Positions 9,229 through 21,374 of a stretch of 64,000 nucleotides of DNA are shown here, piece by piece (the stretch's first letter is position 1; each line of letters starts with the position of its first letter). Below the pieces are notes generated by a model. That model saw only the letters and a program-made list of their open reading frames with translations. It was not told the DNA's origin and did no database searches. Origin of the DNA: a virus; IMG/VR virus record IMGVR_UViG_3300050343_000147, positions 7,495 to 71,494 of that record. One strand, 5' to 3'. The position numbers and the translations under genes were made by a program.

Positions 9229-12200
9229 TTAACATGTACTTACAATATCTACGACACCATTACTGTTATTAATATCAAAATATCTTCTATTACCAAAACC
9301 AGTTTGAGCACAGTTATAAGAATATACTCCTGACGCCGCTAAAGGAGAGCTAGATCCATTTGGTCCTTGTCTTATAACATCACCAACTTGTGGTGTGCCA
9401 CTATTTGTCGTATTGTTATAATATAAATTAGAACCACAATCTGGATTTTGTTGACCATTGAAATGACAAGATGCACTAAATACACTAGGAGGTGATGCAT
9501 AAAACGGAAAACCTATAGCCGCTGAAACAACGTTAACTTCTTGTGTTGCTGTTTGGTTTAAAGAACCACTAGCTAAAGCAGAACCATTGTAGGCATCTTC
9601 TAATTTTATGGTTAATGTGCATGTGCCAGGATTTGTTCCTGTACCTGTTTTAGTTATAACTCCTGTTGTTTCGTTTATAGAAAAAACACCATTATAAACA
9701 GAAGGGCTAACACCTGAAATACTCCATTTTAATTGTTGTAACTTTAAAGTAGAGTTAACAGCTCCATTGTCACCTGTTATTGTTGCTATAGTTCCTTCAA
9801 AATTTTGATTAATATTGTTTACAGCTGGCAAAGCAACGCCTCCGTTAATAACAGGTGGAGAGTTTTGTAAACTAACCTGTATGTTTAATGTAGATGACAC
9901 TACAGGTGTAGCTGGTGCATTATTAGTTATAACCATTGATATAGTGTAGGATCTCACGTTTGGATCATAGTTGAAAACAAAAGCATCACCAACTTTAGCA
10001 AAATTATACAAATGTGGATCACCTGAAGTACCAGCACCTGTTTTAGTAATGCTAAATTGACTAGAAACATCAGTTCCGTTAACATCAAGAACAGTTATAG
10101 TAGAAGACTCTGTGTTAATAAGGTCGTTACCAGATTGATCAACTGGCGACAAATTTGTTAAAAAACTTCCAGTCATAGCCTCTGTAAAAGCACTAGAACT
10201 ATAAGTTGACCAACCAACAGCACCTTCATAATCGGATTTTATAGCGTCATTTAATGTAGATATTAAACCTACCGTTGGTGTTTCCCAAAATATATCTAAT
10301 AAAGAATCTTGAGGTTCTGTTTCATATATAGCTAAATACGGTTGCATATTAGCACTTTGATTACTATCGTCTAAAACACCAGGTATAATTGTATAGTTAT
10401 TTGAAAAAGTAATTCTAGCAATACTAGGATTTGTTGATGTTTGATAAATATTTTGATGCCCTCTAGCGTCTAAATCAGCGTAAGCCATATTTAAATCGTT
10501 AGAGTTAGTAGCGATTGTTGAAGCTGTGTCTGTAAGAACACCTGGAAAGTATTGAACATTATTTAAAGAAGAACCTCCAATAAGCCTGTTTGTAACTCTT
10601 AAAGAAAGCTGTACAGAACTTTTATATTGTTTTTGATCTGGACCTACTTGAGATAAATCTCTAGGTATTTTATTTATATTATCATTTAATAAAACTATAT
10701 GACCAGTAGAACTATTTTCGTTAGTTGGAAAAGGATTTGTTCCAGCGCCGCCATGGGTTGGGTAGCCTCTTAATATACCAGGTAAGTAAGTATTATAGTA
10801 ATCTTGCTCTTGCTGTTTTACAACTATTTTGTAAGAGTACCAACCTTTAGAATTTATACTATACTTATATTTTACATCAGGATTGCTAGGTGATTGTTGT
10901 AAGTAAATAGAACTTGCTTGGCCATCGGTTGCAATAGTGTATTTACCTGAACTAGGTGTGTTGTTTTTAATATTAATTACCTTAACGTAATCTGTAAATT
11001 GACCTTCTAAAAAAGAACCTATTGTTGGTATTTCGCTTTGAACAGTACCTAGTTTAAATATATAAACACTACTATATGCTAATTCTGAGTTTTCAAGAAT
11101 ATTTTGAGCTGAGTTTAACACAAAATTGTTAGCGTTAGTTACTGTATCAATGACAACACCAGCTGGTAAACCACCACCTGTTACAACCATTCCTACGGTT
11201 ATATTTGGATTTGCTGTTGTTAAGACTAAACTTGTTGTAGTACCACCTGCTGTATTGTCAGAACTAGTAGTACTCTCTATAATAACAGGTTGATCACCTG
11301 GTGTTGCTTGATAAGTATTGTAACCCGTGTCTGTGTTTGCGTACAAACCAGGTGTTCCAAGTGTGTCGTTTTCAGCTACCGTAATAGGTGTTTTTATATT
11401 TACTTTTAAAGCATCTCCAAACCAATTATTTAAATCACTTGTTGCAGAGTTAAAAGCATTATATATTGTATCACCGCCATAAACATTTCCATCGCCAGCT
11501 ATTGTAGAGGTTAACTTTATACCAGATAATATAACGTCTGATTGTCTTCCAAATTTATCTGCTAAAATAAAACCAACTTGATAGTTTCTATTTTGCTTAA
11601 CAGAATGATTAGGGTATTCTACCCAGTTGTTATAATTGTTAGCTAAAGATTTTGGGCCAACACCTACTATATAATCTAAAAATTCAGGAGATGTATATTT
11701 ATCTTTAAAATTACCATATATAATTCTATTTCCAGCTGTTTCTTGAGCTAAAGCTTTAACAGGAACTTTATCATAAACTCTAATTGTTTGATTTGTTGGT
11801 AACGTTCTAAAAGGTTTTCTTGATTGATAGTTGTATATGAAAATATTACTATTAGTTATAGAAGTCCACTTATTACGACTATCATTTAAAAATGGCTCAT
11901 TGTAATCTATTGAATCAATTACTTTAACTACAGTTTGATCAGACTCTTTGTAAAGTATATCTATAGATTTTATTTTATAAGTAGCATCGTCACCTGGTTG
12001 GCAATTACTTAAAACATCTGGAAAAGGAATTAATAAATCTATATTTTGCACTCCATTTTCCATAAATTCTAATATAGTACTTCTATACGCTTCATCTTCA
12101 TTGTTTTCTAAAAAATAACCTTTTTGTTTAGGTATAAAACATATTTGAGTAAAAGGTGCCATTAAAGAATACTCACCATCATCGAACTCAAATCTATAAC

Positions 12201-13020
12201 TTAATCTAATAAATCTACTTTCTAAATAATCTGGGTCTCCTGGCCAATCATAACCTTGATTAAAATCAAATGTAATATTTTCACCAGTCATTGTTGTTGC
12301 TAAAAAAGTAATATCACCAGCGTTAACAGTGGTTGGTGCAGCGTTTAAAACAACAGAAGTGTTAGTATTTACAGCTGTAACATAAAAATAATCTTCAGCG
12401 CCAAAACTAGCATTATTATATTGTACAGCTAGCATGCCTTTTTGTATACCTGCTGTATTAGCAATAAGCAAAGTGGCTGTTGAAGAATTAGTTGTTGTAG
12501 GTGTTACAACTTTTTGTAATAAACCTATAGGTTGGTAAGGATTGTATTTTGCTACAGATATATGATTTTCTTCTGTATAGTAAACACCATTGGCTACTAA
12601 GTCTAAATTTATTTTTCTAGGTTGATTTCTATTGTCAGTCCAGAATAAAAGATTTTCTATAACACTAACGCCTGTTATAGGGTTAGATGTTGAAAAATTT
12701 AAAAATGAACCAGTAACTAAAAGAGCAGGGGCAACATTAGGTGTGTAACTATATATATAATGATTAGTATTATTTGTTAAAAACACAATAATAACATTTC
12801 TACTATTTATTGCTTTATAACCTATTATTTCAAACCCACTTAAACCAAAATTACTAACTAAAGTATTACCTAAAACAGTTTCTAAAGCACCTATATCATC
12901 ATCTTCAGATTTACCTACAGATATGTTCTGCGCATCTCTATATTCACCGTTAGGTATTAATCTATCATCCAAGTCTTTATTCATCTTGGATCTTAGAAAA
13001 CTGTTTTTAATTTCTGCCAT
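9229..13020 (-). CDS. Tail nozzle/stabilisation protein, N-terminal part, with extra beta-rich/Ig-like domains
   Basis: MNKDLDDRLIPNGEYRDAQNI, LLFWTDNRNQPRKIN, GNRIIYGNF and SVKQNRNYQVGFILADKFGRQSDV are characteristic of this family. Confidence 0.7.
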   Translation of the reverse strand: MAEIKNSFLRSKMNKDLDDRLIPNGEYRDAQNISVGKSEDDDIGALETVLGNTLVSNFGLSGFEIIGYKAINSRNVIIVFLTNNTNHYIYSYTPNVAPALLVTGSFLNFSTSNPITGVSVIENLLFWTDNRNQPRKINLDLVANGVYYTEENHISVAKYNPYQPIGLLQKVVTPTTTNSSTATLLIANTAGIQKGMLAVQYNNASFGAEDYFYVTAVNTNTSVVLNAAPTTVNAGDITFLATTMTGENITFDFNQGYDWPGDPDYLESRFIRLSYRFEFDDGEYSLMAPFTQICFIPKQKGYFLENNEDEAYRSTILEFMENGVQNIDLLIPFPDVLSNCQPGDDATYKIKSIDILYKESDQTVVKVIDSIDYNEPFLNDSRNKWTSITNSNIFIYNYQSRKPFRTLPTNQTIRVYDKVPVKALAQETAGNRIIYGNFKDKYTSPEFLDYIVGVGPKSLANNYNNWVEYPNHSVKQNRNYQVGFILADKFGRQSDVILSGIKLTSTIAGDGNVYGGDTIYNAFNSATSDLNNWFGDALKVNIKTPITVAENDTLGTPGLYANTDTGYNTYQATPGDQPVIIESTTSSDNTAGGTTTSLVLTTANPNITVGMVVTGGGLPAGVVIDTVTNANNFVLNSAQNILENSELAYSSVYIFKLGTVQSEIPTIGSFLEGQFTDYVKVINIKNNTPSSGKYTIATDGQASSIYLQQSPSNPDVKYKYSINSKGWYSYKIVVKQQEQDYYNTYLPGILRGYPTHGGAGTNPFPTNENSSTGHIVLLNDNINKIPRDLSQVGPDQKQYKSSVQLSLRVTNRLIGGSSLNNVQYFPGVLTDTASTIATNSNDLNMAYADLDARGHQNIYQTSTNPSIARITFSNNYTIIPGVLDDSNQSANMQPYLAIYETEPQDSLLDIFWETPTVGLISTLNDAIKSDYEGAVGWSTYSSSAFTEAMTGSFLTNLSPVDQSGNDLINTESSTITVLDVNGTDVSSQFSITKTGAGTSGDPHLYNFAKVGDAFVFNYDPNVRSYTISMVITNNAPATPVVSSTLNIQVSLQNSPPVINGGVALPAVNNINQNFEGTIATITGDNGAVNSTLKLQQLKWSISGVSPSVYNGVFSINETTGVITKTGTGTNPGTCTLTIKLEDAYNGSALASGSLNQTATQEVNVVSAAIGFPFYASPPSVFSASCHFNGQQNPDCGSNLYYNNTTNSGTPQVGDVIRQGPNGSSSPLAASGVYSYNCAQTGFGNRRYFDINNSNGVVDIVSTC

Positions 13021-13025
13021 GTTAG

Positions 13026-14434
13026 TTATTTAATCCATTTAGATTTACCTCTCATAACTTGAACTATTTGATCAAGCTTAAGATTAGATAATCTTATTTT
13101 AGCATTTCTTAGTTTAGCACTTCTTTCTTGTTTAAACCTTCTTACAACATATTCTTGAACTCCAGATGATACAGATAGTATAGAGTGAATTATATGTGCA
13201 TATAAAGCTTCTTCAGCTAGTTTAGGTATTCTAGCATCTAGATCATAAGCATTGCCATCAGAAACATACTGAAGTATTATTAATTTATTAGCTAAGTTGC
13301 TAGTAAAACTAAACTCACCTTTTCTTTCATCTATTTTAAACCATCCGTTTTTTTGACTAGTCTGTGGTTCTAATCCATATCTTTGACCTAACGCACCATC
13401 TGTATAATTACGATCTAAAACGTTGGCATTGTTTAAATCATTGTTAAAACCTCCACTTATATACCTAGGATTTGTTTTATTCCAGGTTGCGTCTGTTTGA
13501 GACGTAACTTCTGTGTTGCTATCAAAGTTATCTTGAATAGGTTTACCATCATCATCTTGTGTAAAAGTATAATAAGGGCTTTGATTAATTATTAGTTGGA
13601 TATATAGTATGCAAAACACCTAACTCATCTACCCATGAAGCTTTTACGTAATTAACGTAGTCTTGTGGTATAGCTAAACTTAAAGCTTGGTGGAACATTT
13701 AATTCAGTTGATTTTACACTTTTTAAAGTATCATAACTAAACTCTTGTAAACCACGTCTAGCGTGAAATATAACGTCAGTTCTTTTTACACTAGGTATTA
13801 ATTTACCAGCGCCTACATAAGCTATTAAAAAATTATCAATAACATCCGTAAGTTTAGTGTAAGAATATTCACCGTGATTATCTTCTATAGCAGACTCTAC
13901 TAATTGTATTTTAATATAGGAATTAGCTGATAAATAAGAATTTACAGTTATTATATTGCCAGCTTCAGTATAAGGTTCTGCAAGTTTAAATACTAATGCT
14001 ACTTGAGCAGGAGGTATTTGAACAGTTATTGTACATGTAAATGTTGTAGTTGTTAATATTTGTTTTACAGTACCATATGTGGTTGTTCCAGCTGCATTCT
14101 GTATTAACATGCCTACAGATATATTTATATTAGCAACATTGATAGTCAAGGTGCTTTCACCTACAGGAACGACAGTTCCATTACTTGTACCTGTTGTTTT
14201 AGTATTATTAGGTGTTAGCTCTGTCCAAGTTAACGCATCAGGGCTAGAATATAAATGAAAATTATTTAAACCATATTGACCATTAGCATTATCAGAGCTT
14301 CCAAATATTAAATCAGTGTTAAAAGTGCTAGTAAATGTTTTGCCTGCACCAGCAGCCTCTACGTAAAACTGCTGAGCTCCAGCGTAATATTGTCTGTTTG
14401 TTTCGGTTATTAAACCACCATTAGGTATAGGCAT
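13026..14434 (-). CDS. Tail ring/structural protein (split by apparent indels near 13620-13690)
   Basis: The 260-aa and 197-aa fragments read as one protein (KRTDVIFHARRGLQEFSYD ... AKLRNAKIRLSNLK). Confidence 0.6.
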
Positions 14435-14440
14435 ATTTTA

Positions 14441-15380
14441 TTATCTTTGTTGATTAACATTTTCTTGAGCAACCTGTTGAGCCGCAACCTGTACTATTTC
14501 AGGGCTTTTTACCACAACACCAGCATACAATAATATTTTTAATATTAATTCAGTTTGCTCAGCAGGATGTAATTCAAAATTAAATGAAGTTGAAGAATTA
14601 AAAATGTATTGATTGTTTAAACCAGTTGTAAAATTCCATATAGGAGGTAAAGGTTTTCTTATGTACGAAGTAGTAATACCATTAACTATTGTTGTTGGAT
14701 ATATAGTTATTTTGTTATTCTATAAGTATACACAGGATATGTTGTTGTAGGTGCTGTTAGTTTAGAACTTAATAAGTGATATAACTCACTTTACCGACTC
14801 TTTCTAGCTCTTGCGTAGGTATAGCACCAGTGGTGTAAAAAAATCTCCTAGTCTATAAAATTCTTTTGGGTAAACGTTTACAATTAATGTTTGACCAGTT
14901 GTTGGTTGTGAAAAGAAATTTATTGTTGTTCCAGATATACTGTAAGAAGTTCGGAAATCAATATACCATTAGCAAATAATCTCTACAACCATTAGCTACT
15001 TGATCAGCTGTAGCCGTTTGAATAACATAAGCCGTTGTCCCTCCTGTTGTTGCCACGGGTAAAGTAGTTGTTGCTATTGAACCTGAACCAGAAAATTGTT
15101 GTGGTAAATTAAAAACGTTACTTGAAGATATTGATGTAGCGTTTCCAAATTCTTTAAATATAGAGATTTTTTCATCAAGATTACTTACTCTATCTGCGTA
15201 ATCTGTATCTGTTTGTGGAATACGTATCTGCTGATTTAAGCTATCAAAATATGTTTCAAATATTTCTAATTGAGCCTGAGTACCTGTTTTATTAAACTCA
15301 ACAGGTGTCATATAACCTCTCTGTTCTTTATTTAGTATTAATAAAACGGTTTGATATACAGTATTTACGTTTATTGCCAT
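14441..15380 (-). CDS. Tail tubular/adaptor ring protein (frameshifted in this sequence)
   Basis: Starts MAINVNTVYQTVLLILNKEQRGYMTP. Downstream frames give YIRKP and FELHPAEQTELILKILLYAGVVVK. Stop at 14441-14443. Confidence 0.6.
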
Positions 15381-15396
15381 TTTAGTATTTTAGTTA

Positions 15397-15432
15397 ATAG
15401 TGATAAGGGCCACGGAAGTGACCCTTCACTAT
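15397..15432. terminator. Intergenic stem-loop (possible terminator or processing hairpin)
   Basis: AAGGGCCAC-GGAA-GTGACCCTT core, extendable by TAGTG/CACTA, lying between two structural genes. The U-tract is weak. Confidence 0.4.
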
Positions 15433-15447
15433 AATTATAGTCACATA

Positions 15448-16212
15448 TTATTGTAACTTTTTCTTAATTGTTTTAAAAACTTCAACACCTTCATCAGTTT
15501 TAAACCAAGCGGCTAACGCTGAATAAGGGTTTTCATCAAAAGGTATAGTCATTAGTTTTCTATCATTAGATCCCCAATGGAACGTTCTTTGATCTTGAGC
15601 TAATTTTATTATATGTTGCTCAGTAGCTCTTATACCTATATTTCTTAAACCTACGTTCTCATCACTTGCTACAGATAAAAATGCTGATGGATTTCTTCTT
15701 GCCATAAGTAGTAAATCTCTTCTTAGCTCTTTAGAACTTAATGTAGAGACTTTAGACCCTAGTTCAACTCTTAACACAGCTTCAGCGTGATCTATATCCA
15801 TTTCTTTTGCTGCAATCATTGCATCTAGTTCTACATTAATATCTTCAAGTTCATCTTCAGCAACTACCTCAGCTTCCCATTCAGAATATATAATACCTTT
15901 TTTAGGGTGATATAGTGATAATAGTTTTTGTAAGTTTTGTTTTTGTTTTGGAACAGCTAAAACACCATCTTCAAATATAATGTGCCCTAGCGTTACCTCT
16001 CCTTTTTGTTCTTGTAAAAAAGGTGAGTTCTGATTCGTAGCATATCTTAATTCTTTTTGTTCCCCTGTTTTTTCATCAAACCATAGTAATGGATGTCTTC
16101 CAGTGTTTTTAGAATTTAAAGTATATGTTAACGGTTCTTTATCGTGTAATAGAAAATATCTTCTATCTTTAATCTCCCATTTAGGGGCTATTGTTTCTTT
16201 TGTTTTTGACAT
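15448..16212 (-). CDS. Conserved hypothetical protein downstream of the major capsid protein (254 aa)
   Basis: Intact ORF in the head-tail module. Confidence 0.6.
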   Translation of the reverse strand: MSKTKETIAPKWEIKDRRYFLLHDKEPLTYTLNSKNTGRHPLLWFDEKTGEQKELRYATNQNSPFLQEQKGEVTLGHIIFEDGVLAVPKQKQNLQKLLSLYHPKKGIIYSEWEAEVVAEDELEDINVELDAMIAAKEMDIDHAEAVLRVELGSKVSTLSSKELRRDLLLMARRNPSAFLSVASDENVGLRNIGIRATEQHIIKLAQDQRTFHWGSNDRKLMTIPFDENPYSALAAWFKTDEGVEVFKTIKKKLQ

Positions 16213-16232
16213 GATATAATATAATATAATTA

Positions 16233-16271
16233 ATAAAATAAAGGGCTGGGTGCCGAAGCACCCAACTCTTT
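16233..16271 (-). terminator. Rho-independent terminator after the major capsid gene
   Basis: Minus strand reads AAAGAGTTGGGTGC-TTCG-GCACCCAGCCCTTT-ATTTT: a stem with a UUCG tetraloop plus a U-rich tail, just after the MCP stop. Confidence 0.8.
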
Positions 16272-16280
16272 AAAGCAATC

Positions 16281-17759
16281 TTATTGTTGGAATAATACGA
16301 AATTATTCGCAGCTTGAGTAACCAAACATCTTTCAGATAACCAGTTAACTTGCATCGCATCAATGTTAGTAGTGTAAGCACCACCAGCAGATCCTGTGAT
16401 CCAGTTTTTGTATCTTCTGTCTTCTGTTTGTGAAGCTCTATATCTAACGTGTAAGAATGGTCTTCTTATGTTAGTACCTAATTGTTGGTCATACACAGTT
16501 GATGTTCCAGCAGGTATTAATACACCTTCTATTCCACTTACTGCAACTCCACCTCTTGTAGAAGCATCGTTTAAGTATTTCCAGCTAGTTTTGTAGAAGT
16601 CATAAGAACCTCTTCTGAAACCAGAGAAACCTAAATTAAGTGCCATGTCTTCAGAGTTTTCAAATAAACCGTAAGCAGTTCCACCTACAGCTCCACCTGA
16701 AATTTGTCCTAACATGTCATCAAAATCTAAATCAAGTCCTCTGTTTAAGAAAAGCATGTTTTCTTCAATAGCTCCTTGAGTATCTAGATTTTTAAGTACT
16801 TGATCAAAGTCAGAAATTCCAGTACCAGCTGAGAATCCAGACATTACATTACCTCTTGCTTGGATAGCAGAGAAAAGACCTTGAGATCCATAAGCGTTGA
16901 TACCGCCTCCAAATCCTTGGACATTAGCTTGTTGTGCAGCAAAGCTTACACCTCCAGCTCCAGTTGATAATTCACCTTCAACCATTGCCATTTCTAAGTA
17001 ATCGTCAAAACGTAATCTTGTTTCAGACTCAGACTTTAAATACCATAAGTATCCTGATGTTCCATCTTCTGTAGCAACTTCTACCCATCCAATTTGAGCC
17101 ATATCAGAACCATTGATTTGGAATGAATCTTTTATGATAATTGGGTTGTTAGAATATTGTGTGAATGAAGGTTGAATAGACTTGTAAGATCCAGCACCTA
17201 AGCCATTATCTACAGGTCCAACAGTTCCTTTAGCAAAAATAGAACCGTATACAAATAGTTTAAGATTTGTAGCTCCAACTCCTAAAGCATCCCAGTTAGC
17301 AGCTGTAAAAGGGTAAGCAATAACTTGCTGTCCTAAACCACCTGGTAAACTTGTTTTTACCACACCTTTTAATGTAACACCTGTAGCAGGGTTCATTACA
17401 ACGATAGTATCGTTTGGAAAAATAGCATTTGATACAGCTGGGTTTCCACCTAGAGCGAACTCTAATGTAGCAGAACCTGCACCACCTGTTTGTGCTACGT
17501 TTACATAAGAAACGTGTAATCTGTTTTGTTCAGACCAAATTACTTGATCAGATGTCATTGGCATTTCAGCGCCAACCATTCTTAAGAAACCAGATAATGT
17601 TCTGTTTCCATATCTTTCTACTTCAGCTTCGTAAACTTCAGGTAGGTATTGCTGAGCAAAGTCATTAGCTCCAGCGTTAAACGCTAGATAATTGTTTTGC
17701 AAAGCTAATTGTTGTTGAGAAGGTACAATACTTCCAAACACAGGATTAATTTGTCCCAT
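16281..17759 (-). CDS. Major capsid protein (492 aa)
   Basis: Follows portal and scaffold and precedes a strong terminator. Motifs QQYLPEVYEAEVERYGNRT, SDQVIWSEQNRLH and LNLGFSGFRRGSYDFYK are typical of MCPs of marine Bacteroidota phages. Confidence 0.8.
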   Translation of the reverse strand: MGQINPVFGSIVPSQQQLALQNNYLAFNAGANDFAQQYLPEVYEAEVERYGNRTLSGFLRMVGAEMPMTSDQVIWSEQNRLHVSYVNVAQTGGAGSATLEFALGGNPAVSNAIFPNDTIVVMNPATGVTLKGVVKTSLPGGLGQQVIAYPFTAANWDALGVGATNLKLFVYGSIFAKGTVGPVDNGLGAGSYKSIQPSFTQYSNNPIIIKDSFQINGSDMAQIGWVEVATEDGTSGYLWYLKSESETRLRFDDYLEMAMVEGELSTGAGGVSFAAQQANVQGFGGGINAYGSQGLFSAIQARGNVMSGFSAGTGISDFDQVLKNLDTQGAIEENMLFLNRGLDLDFDDMLGQISGGAVGGTAYGLFENSEDMALNLGFSGFRRGSYDFYKTSWKYLNDASTRGGVAVSGIEGVLIPAGTSTVYDQQLGTNIRRPFLHVRYRASQTEDRRYKNWITGSAGGAYTTNIDAMQVNWLSERCLVTQAANNFVLFQQ

Positions 17760-17776
17760 AATAATTAATTTTGTTT

Positions 17777-18935
17777 TTAGTTAAATTTTCTTGTTTTAAT
17801 CTTCAGTTTTGAAGAATCAAGACCGCTTATAGCTTTAACTTTTAATCCACCAACAAATACGTCTCCGGTAGGCGCTGGCCTAACATCTTCGGATATGTTT
17901 TTAGACTTAGCAACAAGATCTTTAGTAGCATCGGATTTACCTTGCTCATAAAAATGTTGTGCTATTTTGTCAACGTTTTCAGCGGCATACATAGCTTTGT
18001 GATAACCTTTAACATCTTTACATTACCTTTATCATCTAAGAACTTCTTAATTGTGTTTGTAATATTCGATTGTTTAGTTGCAACTTCACTAGGATTTTTA
18101 ACACCGTATCTAAATTTTTTTCACCAACACTGAAATCAAAACCTTTGAAATCATTAGTAAAATAATCTTTAGTATTAGATTTAAAATCCTCATGTTGTTG
18201 TTGAGCTGTGTTTTGCTCTTCATTATAGCGATTGAAAAAGTCCATAGCTTTTTGTTGGTCTTGTGTCGTACCAGGTCTCAACTTGATTTCCTCGTAATAT
18301 TGACTTTTTAAACCATCTAAATGCTTTCGGGCTTTAGCAACCTCTTCTTTATACGCAAGTTTCTTTTTACGAATCTCACGCTCCTCGTCCACTTCTTCAT
18401 CAAATGAAAAATTATCTTCAATCATAAAGTTAATTTCGCTTGAATCTAAGTGTGATTTGGCTTGTTTGTAATACTCTCTTAATAAAGTATCATTATCTAC
18501 ATTAGTATAGTCAGCATTTAATCTAACATAATCTTCTAATGTTCCACCTGTTTCTTTCATAAAGTCTACGACTTTTTCGATGTTTTCAGGTAATTTAGCT
18601 ACCTCTCTTGCCTCTTCAGGTGTAGGAGCAATAACTTTTTCTTCAATCTTTTCACCTAGTTGTACTATTTCTTCTTCAACAACTTCTTCAATAGGTTTTA
18701 CTTCTTCTTCTTTAATTTCAGAAACTGGGCTGGGCTCTGGTACTTGTTCGTCCACTTTAGGGCTATCTCCGGTTTGTTCTTCCACAACCACCTTCTTTGT
18801 TTCTCCGACTTGAATGGCATCTGTTTCTTCTGTTTTAGGTTTTGATAAATCGACTTTAATAATATCGTCTTTTACCAATTGTTTAGGCTTCTTTTTTATT
18901 TTAAAAGAGCCTTCTTCTTTTACTTGTTCTGACAT
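17777..18935 (-). CDS. Capsid scaffolding protein (frameshift near 18115)
   Basis: Glu-rich acidic N-terminus and coiled coil, between portal and MCP. The 299-aa and 71-aa fragments join. Confidence 0.65.
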
Positions 18936-18964
18936 AATATAATATAATAAAAATTAATAAAAGT

Positions 18965-21370
18965 TTATTGCGGTGTAAACTGCTCTAAACCAAATCCGCC
19001 TAAGTTATCATTACCAGCTGATTCAAAATCTGTAGGTAATAAATCATTTTGACGTTGTTCAATCATTTTTGATTGTTGTGTTGCTTGTATTTTAGTTCTT
19101 TTATCTTTACGATCTTCTATAAATTGTTCTTTTTGTTTGTCTCTACCAATTTGAGCTTGAGCTAGTTGCAAACTGTATTCAAACTCTTGAGCCATTAATT
19201 GTTTTTTAATTAAGCTTCTGTTTGCATTCTTTGTATTTCAAACTGAGACTTAGCTTGTTCAATTTGTATTTCTGTTTGAGCTAAAGCTTCTTGTTTTTGA
19301 ACTTCATCCATAGCAGCTTGCTTCAGAGGCTTTTGCATTTGCTTGAGCTTGAGCTTCAATCATTTGCTTGTTGTTGAGCTTGATCTTTTTTTTTTCTGTT
19401 TTCTTTTGTATTTTAATATTTGATTAGCTAGCTTTAGATTTTTAATTTGTCTAATATCTATAGCATCTTCTAAATATATTTGACCGTTGATTGTAAAGCT
19501 ATTTGTATGTTTTGCTCTAACATAGCTTTTTCTTCTTCATCAGGTTCTAAGTTCTAAATAAATACCAAAATCATGTAAATTTAATTAGATATTTCTTCTA
19601 AATTTTACATTGTAAAGTAGATATACTTTCATTAAAGCGTTTGCTTAGTTAAAGGGAAATCTAAAGCATCTGCTATTTTTAAAGATATGTTTTCACAATT
19701 CTTAAGAGTTAAATATAAACTAGCTTGTATTAATATGTTTAGTTGCTATATTAGATGCGTTAGCAGCCATTTTTTGTAACCTACTAAAGCGTTCTTTATC
19801 TGGTATACTACCATCTCTAGCTTCATTTAATCCGGTTACATCTCGTATCATTTGTAAATAATATTGATAAGTTGTATTAAGACTTTGTATTTTACCTTGA
19901 CCAGCTTGATGCTGTTAATTCTTGAATAGGTACTTTACCTCTATTTAAGGATCACCATCTTGTGTAAGTGATCTACCAACAATACTACCAGTTTGGAAAT
20001 ACATATTTAATGCTTCTGCTGGATTATAATTTGTTCCATTACCTAAATCAACTTCTGCTAAACCATCCATATCTAAAATACACCATCTGGTACCATTCTA
20101 GACAATAACTTGTTGTAGTTTTAAATGATGTTAATTGAATCATATCAGCAAAACCAGTTACATTTACTAACTAAAGATTCTATACGACCTTTATACATTC
20201 TAGGTGCACATATAGCATAATTCATTTTAACTTTAGTTAGTATCTGCTATTAGGTCTTGTCATGTTTTCAGCAAGCTCCCACTTTAACATATTAACACCT
20301 AAAACTTTAGCACCGCTGTATAAACTTCTATAGACTTCTTGAAACTCTATCAAAGTTATCATTTTCTGGTGGATTAAATGTATCAGGTTTTTCTAATGCT
20401 TTTTCTAAACCTTGATCTGTTTTTTTATTTTAAATACTTGATTATATATGTTTTATATTCAAAATATAATACTTGAACAGTGTTTTCATCATAATTACCC
20501 CAACCAGTTATATACCATCTGTTACCAGGCATTTTTTGTATTTTTCTAATTCTTCTTGTAAGATATGGAAATTCTTTTTTAAGTTCAGGTAAAGTTATAG
20601 ATTTTACTTCACCAACATAATATATATCTTCAAAGTTAGGATCTTCTGTATATGAATAAACTAAATAAGCAGGATCAACATAATCAATTGTAACTCCTTC
20701 AGATTTATTAAAATTTGTTTTACACAGCACCAATACCTATTGTAACTATATCATATTAATTCTTTTTTAGTTAATTCATATTTATTTTGAGCTAATACAT
20801 TATTGATATAGCTTCTTCTTCAGCTATTTCAACAGATTGCTTATAACTTAATTGCATGTGTAATTCTAACTCTTCTTTGTTTCTGGTAGTTATCTTTAGG
20901 ATTTGTATTGATATAAATCAATACCTAATGTTTGTTTTTTTGTTCTAAATATTTCTTTAGCAACATATCTCTCATATATAGCTTGAAGCATAATCTGTTC
21001 TTTTTTTAATAGAAAATGGATCTTGAGCGTAAGCTTTTATATCATAATTTTTTTGATATACCATTTACAACTATATCTACAAACTTAGATATAATAGGTA
21101 CTGGTTTCCAGTCTAAATTTAAATAAGACAAATCACCATTAATAGATAATTCATCTTTATATTTTTGTACAGGTTGTTCACCTCTAGCGTATAATCTTAA
21201 ACTATGAAATTGATTCCAATTAGTTAAATATCTATTACCGTTAGTTCTACCCTTGTCAAACCATTCATATTCAATAGCTTGAGCAACTTGCAAACCATAT
21301 TCTAAAGAAGCTTTTTCAGCGTCACTTACTACTTGACTAGGAAAAGCACTATTGTGTTAGTATATATATC
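18965..21370 (-). CDS. Portal protein (multiple apparent indel errors; start approximate)
   Basis: Fragments LRLYARGEQPVQKYKDEL, LDWKPVPIISKFVDIVVNG and IDYVDPAYLVYSYTEDP, plus a Gln-rich C-terminus. Adjacent to terminase. Confidence 0.75.
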
Positions 21371-21374
21371 TATT

